Below are positions 29,746-40,201 of a stretch of 64,000 nt of DNA, piece by piece; the stretch's first letter is position 1, and each line of letters starts with the position of its first letter. Both the position numbers and the translations under genes were made by a program. The DNA lies in contig OZ253485.1 of assembly GCA_965261935.1 (NCBI GenBank), positions 1,573,173 to 1,637,172 of the forward strand, in the 5' to 3' direction. The notes beneath the pieces were generated by a model. It was given only the letters and a program-made list of their open reading frames with translations. It made no database searches and was not told the DNA's origin. The stretch is from Dehalococcoidia bacterium (lineage in GTDB: Bacteria > Chloroflexota > Dehalococcoidia > Lucifugimonadales > G963668185).

Positions 29746-30627
29746 CTAGCCTGCAAGACCTTCAGATGCCAGGTGATCGTGCAGGGCGCGCAGGGCGCGC
29801 AGGGCGGCGCTGTTTTCTTCCATGGTGAAGCCGTCCACCTTGTGTTCAACTTTGCCGCTCATGCCGTCGACGCAGCCGGCGGCAACTGCACTTCTGAGCA
29901 AGTCCTGCTCTTCTTCTATTGAGGGCAGCAGGTCTTGTTCACGCAGCCTGGACATGGATGCGACGAGCCCGTATCCGCCCCAATTCGACACACTGGAGAT
30001 AACCAGCCTGCTCACCCCGGTCACGCAAGGATCGCTAACGAGGGTAGGCACATCCGGCACGTGCTCGGCAAGGTTGCCCATACCGATCTCATTGCCACCA
30101 TCGCCTATCGCTACAGTGTGAGGGTGATTAGTGAACAGGTGGTCCAGCCTTGCGTTGTAGGTACTGATGTCGTTTCCGTGCATGTTGCGGTATCGACCGT
30201 CGCCCGTCAGACCGCACCTTTCAATGGAGACGAGAGCGGACGGGGCGACATCGTCCAAGAGCCGCTTCGCGAACGTTTCACTCTCATCGTCTCCTGCGAT
30301 CGGGAACTCGATGACACGACAGGAGTCGCCGCGAAGGGCTGTCATGAGCGGTGCGGCGAAACGGTCTGTGACGTGGACGACATCGTGCCCCAGCGCGTTG
30401 AGCGCATCGCCGATCACTGCCGCGCCCAGCGGGCCGTCGGTCTCAGGCGCACCGGCGCTCAGGATGTAGAAGCCGGTAGCAACAATGACCCTGCTCGTGC
30501 CTGGGCCGAGACAGTCCAGCAGATATCCGGCGGCTTGACCGCAGAAGTCCGGCGCCAAGTGCTTCCGGAGTTGCGAAATGCCCCTGCGATCGTGGGCCAG
30601 GATGATGTCTTCTACGCTGTCCGGCAT
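29746..30627 (-). CDS. DUF4392 / D-glutamate cyclase C-terminal-like protein
   Basis: DRRGI, TGF, ETDGP.G, IGDGGNEIGMG and VSNWGGY motifs. Confidence 0.9.
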   Translation of the reverse strand: MPDSVEDIILAHDRRGISQLRKHLAPDFCGQAAGYLLDCLGPGTSRVIVATGFYILSAGAPETDGPLGAAVIGDALNALGHDVVHVTDRFAAPLMTALRGDSCRVIEFPIAGDDESETFAKRLLDDVAPSALVSIERCGLTGDGRYRNMHGNDISTYNARLDHLFTNHPHTVAIGDGGNEIGMGNLAEHVPDVPTLVSDPCVTGVSRLVISSVSNWGGYGLVASMSRLREQDLLPSIEEEQDLLRSAVAAGCVDGMSGKVEHKVDGFTMEENSAALRALRALHDHLASEGLAG

Positions 30628-30646
30628 CAGGTGTGACGTGGCCGGG

Positions 30647-31498
30647 CTACAGGACAGCCAAGTCTTCGTCCTTGGCGTCGGTGATGAACATGTGCCCAGG
30701 TGAGTGGGTGATCATGAGGGGAGGCTTGGAGTTCATGGCCACGGCCTGTGGCGTGACACCGCACGCCCAGAACACAGGCACGTCGTCTTCCTTGAAGATC
30801 GTAGGGTCGCCGAGATCCGGGGAGTGGACGTCGCGGACGCCAATATCTTCCGGGCTGCCGATGTGGATCGGAGCGCCGTGCACGCCGGGGAAGCGGGACG
30901 TTATCTGCACCGCCTTCACAAGTTTGTCCTTGGGAACGGGCCTCATCGAGACGACGAGCGGGCCAGAGAACGCCCCCGCCGACTGAGTAGGGACGTTGGT
31001 GATGAACATGGGCACATTCGAGCCAGTTTCGAAGTGGTGCAACGGTACGCCGCCATTGACCAGGGCAGACTCAAATGTAAAGCTGCAGCCCAGGAGAAAC
31101 GACACCATGTCATCCCGCCAGTAGTCAGACACATCCTCTACCTCGGCCGTCAACTCACCATATTCGTACACGCGGTACATGGGGACGTCCGTCCGCAAGT
31201 CGGCGCCGGGGGCGAACGCCTCCGGCTCAGATGATCCGGCCTCTACGACTTCCAACAGCGGACAGGGCTTGGGGTTTCTCTGGCAGAAGAGGAGGAAGTC
31301 GAAGGCGAGGTCCTTCGGAAGCACAACCAGGTTTGCCTGCACACGCCCCGGCGCCATGCCAGAGGTGGGCCGGGCAAGTTCGCCGGACCTGAACAGCGCC
31401 CTGAGTTCGGCTGGGCTAGTGGGAATGGTCTCGACCTGCAAATGGGCACCTCTCTCGGAAATCGGGCCGGCCCAAAACTTGGCCTCCCGGGCAGTCAC
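30647..31498 (-). CDS. DUF1445/YcsI putative hydro-lyase (D-glutamate cyclase N-terminal-like)
   Basis: CQRNPKPCP, GCSFTFE, FWACGVTPQ and THSPGHMF motifs. Start may be TTG at 31441. Confidence 0.92.
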   Translation of the reverse strand: MTAREAKFWAGPISERGAHLQVETIPTSPAELRALFRSGELARPTSGMAPGRVQANLVVLPKDLAFDFLLFCQRNPKPCPLLEVVEAGSSEPEAFAPGADLRTDVPMYRVYEYGELTAEVEDVSDYWRDDMVSFLLGCSFTFESALVNGGVPLHHFETGSNVPMFITNVPTQSAGAFSGPLVVSMRPVPKDKLVKAVQITSRFPGVHGAPIHIGSPEDIGVRDVHSPDLGDPTIFKEDDVPVFWACGVTPQAVAMNSKPPLMITHSPGHMFITDAKDEDLAVL

Positions 31499-31559
31499 GC
31501 TGGATTATGCGGCGCGTCCGGGGAATCAGTCAACTTGGCTTTGAAGGGGCGAGCGTGCG

Positions 31560-34145
31560 TCAACTACCGCCACGAGCCTTAGTCTGGAGCTCATACAGCT
31601 TGTTCAGCGCGTCCATTGGAGTCATCGAATTGACGTCGAGTGCTATTAGATCGTCCAGGGTTGGATCGTGCGAACCGAGCAGGGAGAGTTGCTCAAGGCG
31701 GGGAGCGCGGCGCCTTGAGCGGCCTGCATCCGGCCGCCTGTTGTTCCCGGCCCCGTGCTCAAGTTCCTTGAGCAGTTCCCAAGCCCTGTGAATGATGCTG
31801 GAAGGCATCCCCGCAAGCTGGGCGACGTGGACGCCGTAGCTCTTGTCCGCCCCGCCGGGCACAATGCGGTGCAGGAAGACGACGTTGCCCTGGTCTTCCG
31901 ACACGGCAACGTTGTAGTTGCGTACGCGCGGGAGGACGTCAGCCAGCGCAGTAAGTTCGTGGTAGTGAGTCGCGAACAGGGTCTTGCACCCCAGACGGGG
32001 GTGGTTGTGGACGTACTCGGCCACGGCGCGCGCGATCGCAAGGCCATCGTATGTGCTCGTGCCCCGTCCGATTTCGTCGAGTACTACGAGGGACCGGGGC
32101 GTCGCATGGTTCAGGATGGCCGCAGTCTCCACCATCTCGACCATGAACGTCGACTGGCCCACGGAGAGGTCGTCCTGAAGGCCGACGCGAGTGAAGATGC
32201 GGTCGACGGCGCCGATGCGGGCGGAATCGGCCGGGACGTAGCTGCCGATCTGGGCCATGAGGACTATAATCGCGACCTGGCGTATGTAGGTCGATTTCCC
32301 CGCCATGTTAGGGCCGGTGAGTATCACTACCTGCTCACCGTCGGCGGACAGGTCCGTGTCGTTGGGCACGAAGGTTCCCGAGGGAAGTGTGCGCTCTACC
32401 ATGGGATGCCGGCCGGCGCGAACATGCACGGCCGGGCCTGTGTCGATTTCGGGTCTTACGTAACCGTGCAGGGAAGCCACCTCGGCGAGCGAGGCGAGCA
32501 CGTCAGCCTGGGCGACCGCGCGAGCGGTCGCCACGATTGGCGCGGACGCGTCAGCGACCTGGCGGCACACCTGTCTGAACAGCGAAGACTCCAGCTCCTC
32601 GATTCGTTCGTGCGCGTTGAGGATGCGGGTCTCGTACTCTTTCATTTCGGGCGTTATGTACCGCTCTCCACCCACAAGGGTCTGCCGGCGGACGTAGTCG
32701 TCAGGGACCTTGGAGAGGTTAGGATTGCTGACCTCGATGTAATAGCCGAAGACACGGTTGTATCCGACTTTCAGGGACTTGATACTCGTGCGGACACGTT
32801 CCCGTTTCTCAAGCGAAGCTATGTATTCGCGCGCGCTTTTGCTGGACTCGAGCAGGTCGTCCAATTCAGGAGAGAAGCCCCTCCTGATCACCTTGCCTTC
32901 GCCCATTGTCAGAGGGGGATCGTCCTCGATCGACCGTCCAATGAGTGAGGCGGTCTCAGACACGTCACGGAACCCGCCGGCCAGCCAGTCCACAAGTGCG
33001 TGGTCATCGTCCTCCAAGAGCAATTGCTTGATCTCCGGGGCGGTGCGCAGGCCCCGTTCGAGTGCGGCCAGGTCCCGGGGGGAGGCCGAGAGGTTACGAA
33101 TGCGGCCGACGAGCCGCTCCATGTCTGAGATCGACTCCAGCCTGGCGGTTACGCGTTCCCTGCGCAGAGCGCTGCGGTGAAACCACGAGACTGCCTCCTG
33201 GCGCTTCAGAATCTCTTCCAAGTCCAGTAAAGGCTGTCCTATCCACCGGCGCAGAAGCCTGCCGCCCATCGGCGTACTGGTCCTGTCCAACGCTGCGGTG
33301 AGCGACGCTCCGTGCTCGCCCCAGCGGCCTCCTTCAAACAGTTCCAGGTTACGCCTCGTCTGCGGGTCCAGGACCATGTAGGAGTCGGTGGAGTACGTGA
33401 GCAAGGATGTAATCTGGCCCAGAGACCCTCTTTGCGTTGTAGCCAAGTAGTCGACGATGGCGCCCGCCGCCCTGATAGCCAGCGGCATACGCTCACAGCC
33501 ATACGCCTCCAGGGAAGCTACGCCGAAGTGGTCCAACAGGGTCTCTCTTGCCCACTGCGGATGAAACGCGTCTGGTGTTACGGGCGTCAGAGCCGTGCGC
33601 GAGGCGAAAGGCAGGTCATCCTGGTCTTCCGGTGCAATGATCTCTGCCGGATCCAGCCTGCCTAACTCGGTTGCGAGCCTGTCGACGGGCATACTGGTCG
33701 TGGCGAATTCGCTCGTCGAAATGTCCGAATACGCGAGCCCGGCTTCATCACCGTCGATGACCACTGCGGTGAGGTAGTTGTTGGCATTGCCCTTCAGGAT
33801 CGAGTCTTCCGTCACGGTGCCCGGGGTCACCACTCGCACCACTTCTCGATCGACGAGGCCCCGGGACAAGAGGGGGTCGCTGGTCTGCTCGCAGATGGCG
33901 ACGCGGTAGCCTTTCTTGATCAGCCGGGCGAGATGCGGGTCCAGAGAGTGATACGGGATGCCGGCCAGGGGAATTCGCTGACCCTTCCCCATTTCACGCG
34001 AGGTTAGGGCTATCTCCAACTCGCGTGAGATCGTTCGAGCATCGTCGTCGAAGGTCTCGTAAAAGTCTCCCATCCGGAACAGGAGAATTTCGTCCCGATG
34101 CTCCTTCTTGATGCGGAGATACTGGCGCCGGGCCGGAGTGGTCAT
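31560..34145 (-). CDS. mutS: DNA mismatch repair protein MutS
   Basis: FRMGDFYE, GPNMAGKST, STFMVEM, DEIGRGT and FATHYHEL motifs. Confidence 0.98.
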   Translation of the reverse strand: MTTPARRQYLRIKKEHRDEILLFRMGDFYETFDDDARTISRELEIALTSREMGKGQRIPLAGIPYHSLDPHLARLIKKGYRVAICEQTSDPLLSRGLVDREVVRVVTPGTVTEDSILKGNANNYLTAVVIDGDEAGLAYSDISTSEFATTSMPVDRLATELGRLDPAEIIAPEDQDDLPFASRTALTPVTPDAFHPQWARETLLDHFGVASLEAYGCERMPLAIRAAGAIVDYLATTQRGSLGQITSLLTYSTDSYMVLDPQTRRNLELFEGGRWGEHGASLTAALDRTSTPMGGRLLRRWIGQPLLDLEEILKRQEAVSWFHRSALRRERVTARLESISDMERLVGRIRNLSASPRDLAALERGLRTAPEIKQLLLEDDDHALVDWLAGGFRDVSETASLIGRSIEDDPPLTMGEGKVIRRGFSPELDDLLESSKSAREYIASLEKRERVRTSIKSLKVGYNRVFGYYIEVSNPNLSKVPDDYVRRQTLVGGERYITPEMKEYETRILNAHERIEELESSLFRQVCRQVADASAPIVATARAVAQADVLASLAEVASLHGYVRPEIDTGPAVHVRAGRHPMVERTLPSGTFVPNDTDLSADGEQVVILTGPNMAGKSTYIRQVAIIVLMAQIGSYVPADSARIGAVDRIFTRVGLQDDLSVGQSTFMVEMVETAAILNHATPRSLVVLDEIGRGTSTYDGLAIARAVAEYVHNHPRLGCKTLFATHYHELTALADVLPRVRNYNVAVSEDQGNVVFLHRIVPGGADKSYGVHVAQLAGMPSSIIHRAWELLKELEHGAGNNRRPDAGRSRRRAPRLEQLSLLGSHDPTLDDLIALDVNSMTPMDALNKLYELQTKARGGS

Positions 34146-34161
34146 CAGTAGAGAGTGCCGG

Positions 34162-34926
34162 TCAACTCTCCTTCCAGAAACGCTCCTCTTCCACCTTGTA
34201 GCCCTTGGGGATCATCCGTGCCTTGACGTCTTCAATCATTTCGGGGTGACCACAGGCGTAGATGAGCGTGTCGTCTGGAGTGAGGCCCCATTGATCGACG
34301 TAATCTTCAAGTATGAGGTTGACCCTGCCGGACTGGCCGGTCCAACCAGCGTTACGCTCTTCTGCCGGGCGGCTTACGGTTGGCACGAATGCAAGCAGGT
34401 CCGGGCGCTCCCGTTCCATGGCGTTGAACTCCTGGTCGTAGCCCAACTCGTCCGCGTAGCTTGCGCCCTCAAGTACGTAGAACCGGTGACCATCCTTGAC
34501 TGAGTGCACGTACTCTCGCAGGAAGCTGACGTAAGGGCACATGCCGGTTACGGTGCCTACGAGGACCTGGTTCGGCCACCTTGGCTTGAACGTGAAGATA
34601 CCCTTGGCGCGGGGCCTGATGGTTACCGAGTCGCCCACTACCAACTCGTCCAACTTGGGCGTAAGCACGCCGATGTCGGGTGGAAGTGTCTCTACGTAAA
34701 GCTCGATCTCATCTTCGTACGGCCCGGATGAAATGGAGTACGGCCGCTCGATGCCGTCCAATCCGATAGTGCAGTACTGGCCTGCCTTGAAGGTGAATCC
34801 GTTCGGCTTTTCGATCCACATCAGGTAGAGGTCGTGCGTGAGGTCCTCGCGGCGCGTGACTTTGACTTTGGCCAGGTTGGGTTTAGGGGGTATGCGTCTC
34901 TTTGCAGTGGTCATTGGGAACCTCAA
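34162..34926 (-). CDS. Ferredoxin/flavodoxin--NADP+ reductase-like (Fpr)
   Basis: FKAGQY, RPYSI, TVTG..PY, VSR, CGHPEMI and C-terminal EERFW. Confidence 0.85.
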   Translation of the reverse strand: MRFPMTTAKRRIPPKPNLAKVKVTRREDLTHDLYLMWIEKPNGFTFKAGQYCTIGLDGIERPYSISSGPYEDEIELYVETLPPDIGVLTPKLDELVVGDSVTIRPRAKGIFTFKPRWPNQVLVGTVTGMCPYVSFLREYVHSVKDGHRFYVLEGASYADELGYDQEFNAMERERPDLLAFVPTVSRPAEERNAGWTGQSGRVNLILEDYVDQWGLTPDDTLIYACGHPEMIEDVKARMIPKGYKVEEERFWKES

Positions 34927-34998
34927 GTGCGCGGGTGGCGCCGGCCCGGAGAGTCCGCTGGGCCGGTCTCATCTTAGCATGACTAACATGGGCCGGAG

Positions 34999-37746
34999 CT
35001 ACGTCACGGTCGTATCTTTAGCGACCTCTACTGGCTCCAGCGGCAGGCCAGGGGCCTTGAGCATCGGATCCGGGTCCGAGCTGTCGTGGACCGCCGTGAC
35101 GACGTCGGCAAACAGACCGGTTACCGCTACGAGCCCCTGGTGCGGGCTGGTGAGCCGGGCAGTGCCTCTGATGCTCTCGCTCGATGTGGCCGCGACTACT
35201 CTGTCGCCGTCCGATATGCCGAGAGCAGCGGCGTCTGTCTCGTGCAACTCAATTATCTCCTCGCGTTCGACGGTGGATGTGCCATTGTTCTTGACCACGG
35301 ACATCGGGCGGCGGTTGTCGTGCAGGAGGCGGCCCTTGGCGAGGTACATGTTGTTCGCGTACTGAGCGGGCGGTTCGACGAGACTCATGGCTTCCATGCG
35401 AGGCTTGGGCTGGTCATTGGCCTCGGCGTGAAGTATCGGCGTGTCGTGAAACTCATCGCGCCGCGGCCACTGCTGACCGTCGTCTTCAAGGTCGGCGTAA
35501 GTGATCTCGGCGTATGCTTTCACAAGACCACTGATCTCACTAAAGACATCCTCGGCGGACTCGTAATCGAACCCATTGGCGCCCATTTCCCTGGCAATCC
35601 AGCACAGGATGCGCCAGTCAGGCTCCTCCTCTCCCCGTGGGCCCAGGCCGGGCCGCAGTAACTGTACGCGGCGTTCCATGTTGGTGTATGTACCGTTCTT
35701 TTCGGCGAAGGTTGTGGCGGGCAGCACCACATGGGCAAGGGCCGTCAAATCGTTTGGCGCCGTCTCATGCACGATCAACAGGTCCAGCTTCTCCAATGCA
35801 GACATCATTTTTCCGACCTGCCCGTTGGTGAAGCTCGCACTGTCGCCAAGAACGTGAAGCGCTTTGATCCGGCCATCTTCTATGGCGTTGACGACCTCAA
35901 GCACACCTATCCCATCGGAGTCTGGCAAGGATGCCTTCCATTCATTGCCGACGGCCGTGCGCGCATCCGGACTATCAACCGCTCTGTAGCCGGGAAGCAT
36001 GCCAGGTACGCATCCTACGTCCTTGGCGCCTTGCTCGTTGGCGCCCGTAAAGAGCGGATACAGCCCGGAAGAGGCCTTGCCTATGTTGCCGGTAGCGAGG
36101 GCAAGGTTGACAAGTCCGGACACGCAAGCGTCCCGCGCTTCGGCAGGCACGGTCTCAAGGCCGTACAGAATGGCACCCGGAGTGTTTGCGGCGAAAGTGC
36201 GCCCGGCTTGCTGCACCTCTTCGCGGGGAATGCCTGTGAGCCGCTCAACCCTGAGCAAGTCGAACTCCCACAGGCTGTTCTTGAGTTCTCTTGCCCCTTC
36301 ACACCTGTCAGCTATGAAGTCATGATCGTCCAGGGACTCGTCGATGATGACCCTGAGCATCCCGCCGATTAGGGCGGCCTCGCTGCCCGGCCTTGGACGG
36401 AGCCACTGGCTGGCGTACCTGGTCAGCTCCGTCTCTCGCTGATCGATCACGATAACCTTCGCGCCCTTCCTGGCGGCCCGTTTCACGGGCACTGCGGCAA
36501 CATTCTGTTCCTCGGTGATGTTGCTGGAGACCACAAGGATGCTTCTGGCGTCGTCCAGGCCCCAGATTGGATTGGTCCCCGCTTCGTGTCCGAGCATCCT
36601 GCCCAGGGCCTTTACCAGTTCCGGCCGCACATTCGATGATATGTCCACATTGTTGGTGGACATAACGCACCTGGCGAACTTTTGCGCCACGTAATGGTCC
36701 TCGTTGGTGCCCTTCGGGGAAGTGAGCAAGGCGTAGCGTTCGGATCGAAACGGTTGCAGCCTCTCGGCGACCAGCCCAAGGGCATGCGCCCACGGTACTT
36801 CCCTGAGCTGCCCATTTTCGCGAACCATGGGCTTCCTAAGCCGCTTCCTGTTGTTGACGAATCCGAGGCCGAACTTGCCCTTTATGCAGGCCTGCCCACG
36901 ATTGGCCTCGGCGCGGCGCTCCGGGATGGCGCGTATGATCCGGTTCCTACGATTGATCTCAAGCTTCATTGAACAGCCCACCGGACAGTGAGGGCAGACG
37001 CTTGTAATCGTGCGGACAGCCTTGTCCCACTTGTGCTCGCGCTCCACCAGCGCTCCGGTGGGGCAGACGTCGATGCATGCCCCGCAGAACTCACAGCCGG
37101 ATTCGAGGAGCGATACACCGTGGGAGGTACCGATGAGGCTACGCCCCGAGCGCTCCAGGAAAGTGAGGGCGTTATCGGCACGGATCTCGTCGCAGACCCT
37201 GACGCACCGTCCGCAGACGATGCAAAGGTTCATGTCCATCTCCCAAAACGGGTCGTCCACGGCCAGGGGCAGGCGGCGGTTGTTGTATGTGAGAGGTGTG
37301 TCCATGTCCAGTTCGAGGTGCCGGACCGTGTCCTTCAGCTCACAGCGGTCGTTCTTGGGGCATGTGACGCACCTGTCGTTAACGGACACATGTCTTTGGC
37401 AGATATCGGCGGGGCCGCACAGGTCAACACGGTGGCAAGTAAGGCAGCCGTGCGGATGCTCGGATATGAGCATCTCCATTACGCCCCGACGCAGGGCCAC
37501 GATTTCCGGCGTCTGAGTGTTCACGACCATGCCGTCGGCAACCGGAGTTGTGCAGGACGCCGGTGCACCACGACCGCCCTCCACGTCGACAACGCACATA
37601 CGGCAGGCGCCGAAGGCCTTCATACCAGGGTAGTAGCAGAGATAGGGGACGTAGATGCCGGCGTCCATTGCCGCCTGGAGCACGTTGTTCCCCGGCGTAG
37701 TCTTTATCTCCGTGCCGTCTATGGTCAGCGTCAACTCGTCAGGCAT
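34999..37746 (-). CDS. FdhA/NuoG-like molybdopterin-oxidoreductase-fold Fe-S subunit
   Basis: [2Fe-2S], His-ligated [4Fe-4S], 2x[4Fe-4S] and CPHCPVGC motifs, plus a Mo-oxidoreductase body. Catalytic Cys/Sec is absent. Confidence 0.88.
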   Translation of the reverse strand: MPDELTLTIDGTEIKTTPGNNVLQAAMDAGIYVPYLCYYPGMKAFGACRMCVVDVEGGRGAPASCTTPVADGMVVNTQTPEIVALRRGVMEMLISEHPHGCLTCHRVDLCGPADICQRHVSVNDRCVTCPKNDRCELKDTVRHLELDMDTPLTYNNRRLPLAVDDPFWEMDMNLCIVCGRCVRVCDEIRADNALTFLERSGRSLIGTSHGVSLLESGCEFCGACIDVCPTGALVEREHKWDKAVRTITSVCPHCPVGCSMKLEINRRNRIIRAIPERRAEANRGQACIKGKFGLGFVNNRKRLRKPMVRENGQLREVPWAHALGLVAERLQPFRSERYALLTSPKGTNEDHYVAQKFARCVMSTNNVDISSNVRPELVKALGRMLGHEAGTNPIWGLDDARSILVVSSNITEEQNVAAVPVKRAARKGAKVIVIDQRETELTRYASQWLRPRPGSEAALIGGMLRVIIDESLDDHDFIADRCEGARELKNSLWEFDLLRVERLTGIPREEVQQAGRTFAANTPGAILYGLETVPAEARDACVSGLVNLALATGNIGKASSGLYPLFTGANEQGAKDVGCVPGMLPGYRAVDSPDARTAVGNEWKASLPDSDGIGVLEVVNAIEDGRIKALHVLGDSASFTNGQVGKMMSALEKLDLLIVHETAPNDLTALAHVVLPATTFAEKNGTYTNMERRVQLLRPGLGPRGEEEPDWRILCWIAREMGANGFDYESAEDVFSEISGLVKAYAEITYADLEDDGQQWPRRDEFHDTPILHAEANDQPKPRMEAMSLVEPPAQYANNMYLAKGRLLHDNRRPMSVVKNNGTSTVEREEIIELHETDAAALGISDGDRVVAATSSESIRGTARLTSPHQGLVAVTGLFADVVTAVHDSSDPDPMLKAPGLPLEPVEVAKDTTVT

Positions 37747-37802
37747 GCTTTGGCTCCGCGTTGTTCGTTGGGTTGGGATCCGATGGCCTAGAGTGTGGAC
37801 CT

Positions 37803-39557
37803 CTACCAGCTAGTGTGTGTCATCTGCACCGGCTGATACGCGTCTGCGTACGGGCGTGTGTTTCGAGGCGTGATAATGGGGTTGCCGCAACCGCCTGTTA
37901 TGCACCTACTCTCCTGCAGGTGCATGTTGAAGTCCTCTTCGAAGTGCTTGAAGGCGGAGCTGATCGGGTTGAAGCCCAGTTGGCCATGACCGCAGAGTGA
38001 GGCGGCCTGCATGTTGCCTCCAATCTGACGCATCAGTTCCAAATCTCCCGGCCGGCCCTCGAACTTGGTTATGCGCTCCACGATCTCCATGAGGTGGGTC
38101 ATGCCGAGTCGGCACGGGAAGCACTTGCCGCACGACTCGTACTGACAGAAGGTTACGAGCACACGCGTCAGGTCCACTGCGCATACATCTTCGTCCGCAA
38201 CGATAATTCCTCCGGAGCCCAGGATGGCGCCGGCCGCCGCCATGGCCTCGAAGTCGAGCGTGATTTCCATTGCGTCAGGCCCCAGAACTCCGCCGAGAGG
38301 TCCGCCGGTCTGGAGCAGCTTGAGTCTCTTGCCGTTCGGCACGCCTCCGCCGAGGTCCTTGATTACTTCGCCGAGTGTGAGACCCATCGGCACCTCGTAC
38401 AGGCCCGGCCTGTTGATCTGACCGTTGAGGCAAAGGATGGCGGTCCCGGTGCTTCTGTTGACACCTATTGAGGAGAACCACTCACCGCCCCTGGCCACGA
38501 TCTCCGGCAGATAGGCCAGGGTCTTCACATTGTTGATGTTGCTAGGCTTGCCCCAGACCCCGAACGCCGCTGGGAATGGCGGCCTGAACCGAGGCATGGC
38601 CCGGTTCCCCTCGATGGACTCCATCAGGGCCGTCTCTTCCCCGGCTACGTACGATTCGCCAGTTAGCGAGATCTCCACATCGAAACTGAACTCCGAGTCC
38701 AGTATGTTCTGGCCAAGGAGACCCCTCTCGTACGCCTGCCGTATGGCCTCATCCATCCTGTCAATCGGTCCGTCATGCCCGTGCCGAACGAACACGATCC
38801 CGTTCGACGCGCCCGTAGCGTAGCCTGCAAGGATTAGTCCCTCCAGCAACGTGTGCGGGTCACTCTCCAGGATGCCCTTGTCGTTAACGGCTCCGGGGTC
38901 GCCCTCCTCGCAGTTGCAGAGGATGTACTTGGGCGGTCCGGGAGAGCCAACGAGGAAACTCAGTTTCACTCCTGTTGGGAAGGCTGCGCCTCCTCGGCCG
39001 CGAAGCCCAGAGATCTTGATTTCTTCCAGAACTTCGGAAGGCTCCATGGACTGGAGGGCCCGGTTTAGCGCTTCGTATCCCCCATTGGCGACGTACTGAT
39101 CGACATCACCCGGAACGAGATTGCCCGCGTTGCGCAACGCGATGCGATGCTCAAACTTCCTTGGCGCCAACTTGTCCAGGTCAGCCAAACCGTCTGCCGG
39201 CACATCTCCAATGAAGCCGAAGGTCTTGTCCGGCGACACAGAACCGTTTGCAATGTAGTTTTCCACAATGTCGGCGGCATCCTCCGCCGTGACGTTGCGG
39301 AAGAACACGCGCGATCCTCCGGGCTTCATTACATCCACCAGGGGCTCGGCGTAACAGGTTCCGATACAGCCGACGCTGCTCAGCTCGGCATCCAAGCCTC
39401 GGGAATCCAGAGCGTCCCGAAGAGCCTCGATAACCTCCAGCGCCCCGGCAGCCTGACCGCACATGGCGGCGCCAACCCGAATCCACGGGCTGTTGCCGTT
39501 AACGAGCGCCTGCCAGCGCTCGTCCGCCGTCCGCTTCAGGTCCTCGTAGGTGGTCAC
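37803..39557 (-). CDS. NuoF/HydB-like FMN- and NAD(P)H-binding subunit
   Basis: SGLRGRGGA.FPTG, EGDPG, GEETAL, ESCGKCFPCR and an N-terminal thioredoxin-like 2Fe-2S domain. Confidence 0.92.
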   Translation of the reverse strand: MTTYEDLKRTADERWQALVNGNSPWIRVGAAMCGQAAGALEVIEALRDALDSRGLDAELSSVGCIGTCYAEPLVDVMKPGGSRVFFRNVTAEDAADIVENYIANGSVSPDKTFGFIGDVPADGLADLDKLAPRKFEHRIALRNAGNLVPGDVDQYVANGGYEALNRALQSMEPSEVLEEIKISGLRGRGGAAFPTGVKLSFLVGSPGPPKYILCNCEEGDPGAVNDKGILESDPHTLLEGLILAGYATGASNGIVFVRHGHDGPIDRMDEAIRQAYERGLLGQNILDSEFSFDVEISLTGESYVAGEETALMESIEGNRAMPRFRPPFPAAFGVWGKPSNINNVKTLAYLPEIVARGGEWFSSIGVNRSTGTAILCLNGQINRPGLYEVPMGLTLGEVIKDLGGGVPNGKRLKLLQTGGPLGGVLGPDAMEITLDFEAMAAAGAILGSGGIIVADEDVCAVDLTRVLVTFCQYESCGKCFPCRLGMTHLMEIVERITKFEGRPGDLELMRQIGGNMQAASLCGHGQLGFNPISSAFKHFEEDFNMHLQESRCITGGCGNPIITPRNTRPYADAYQPVQMTHTSW

Positions 39558-39572
39558 TTTAGCCCCAATACG

Positions 39573-40052
39573 TTACGAGCCCTGCGGGAGTCCGGACAAC
39601 ACTTTCGCAGCGCCGTCGGGGTCGATGCGGCCGATTAGCCTGTGATTGACGCTGATGACGGGCGCCTGCGCGCACGCTCCAAGGCAGGTGTTGTACTTAA
39701 GCGTGACGTTTGCGTCCGCCGTCTCGCCTTCGTCTTCGAGGCCCAGTTCCCGCTGCACACGGTCGAGTACCAGAGCGGCTCCCTTCAGGTGACAGGTTGG
39801 CCCCCAGCAGACTTCCACGACATGGTTGCCCGGCGGAGTGAAGCGAAAGTTGGTGTAGAAGGACGCCACTCCCCAAACGTCGTTAATTGAGGCATCATTG
39901 AACTCAGCCACCATTTCGATAGCATCGTCGGGAAGGTAGCCCAGTTCGTCCTGGGCGGCTAGTAGACCGGAAAGAACGGTGGCAGTCGGCCATCGCTGAG
40001 AGGCGAGCGCCTTCCCAATGCGTTCCTTTATCGCGTCCTCCGCCTCGGGCAA
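39573..40052 (-). CDS. NuoE/HydC-like [2Fe-2S] subunit
   Basis: VASFY, CWGPTC and CLGACAQAP motifs. Confidence 0.92.
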   Translation of the reverse strand: MPEAEDAIKERIGKALASQRWPTATVLSGLLAAQDELGYLPDDAIEMVAEFNDASINDVWGVASFYTNFRFTPPGNHVVEVCWGPTCHLKGAALVLDRVQRELGLEDEGETADANVTLKYNTCLGACAQAPVISVNHRLIGRIDPDGAAKVLSGLPQGS

Positions 40053-40201
40053 ACGAGCCCCTCCACGAGCTTGCTAAGTCCGTCACAGATGATAGCACAG
40101 GGCCGAAGGAGCCTGCCCGCGAAGCATGAGTTCTTGACACGCCAATCGCGGGCTATACAATCCGAACTGCCCCGAGCAAATCCAGCATACGGAAGTGGAA
40201 C

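Noticed and set aside
34999-37746. Selenocysteine formate dehydrogenase
   Set aside because: No in-frame TGA and no Cys/Sec-His at the catalytic position.
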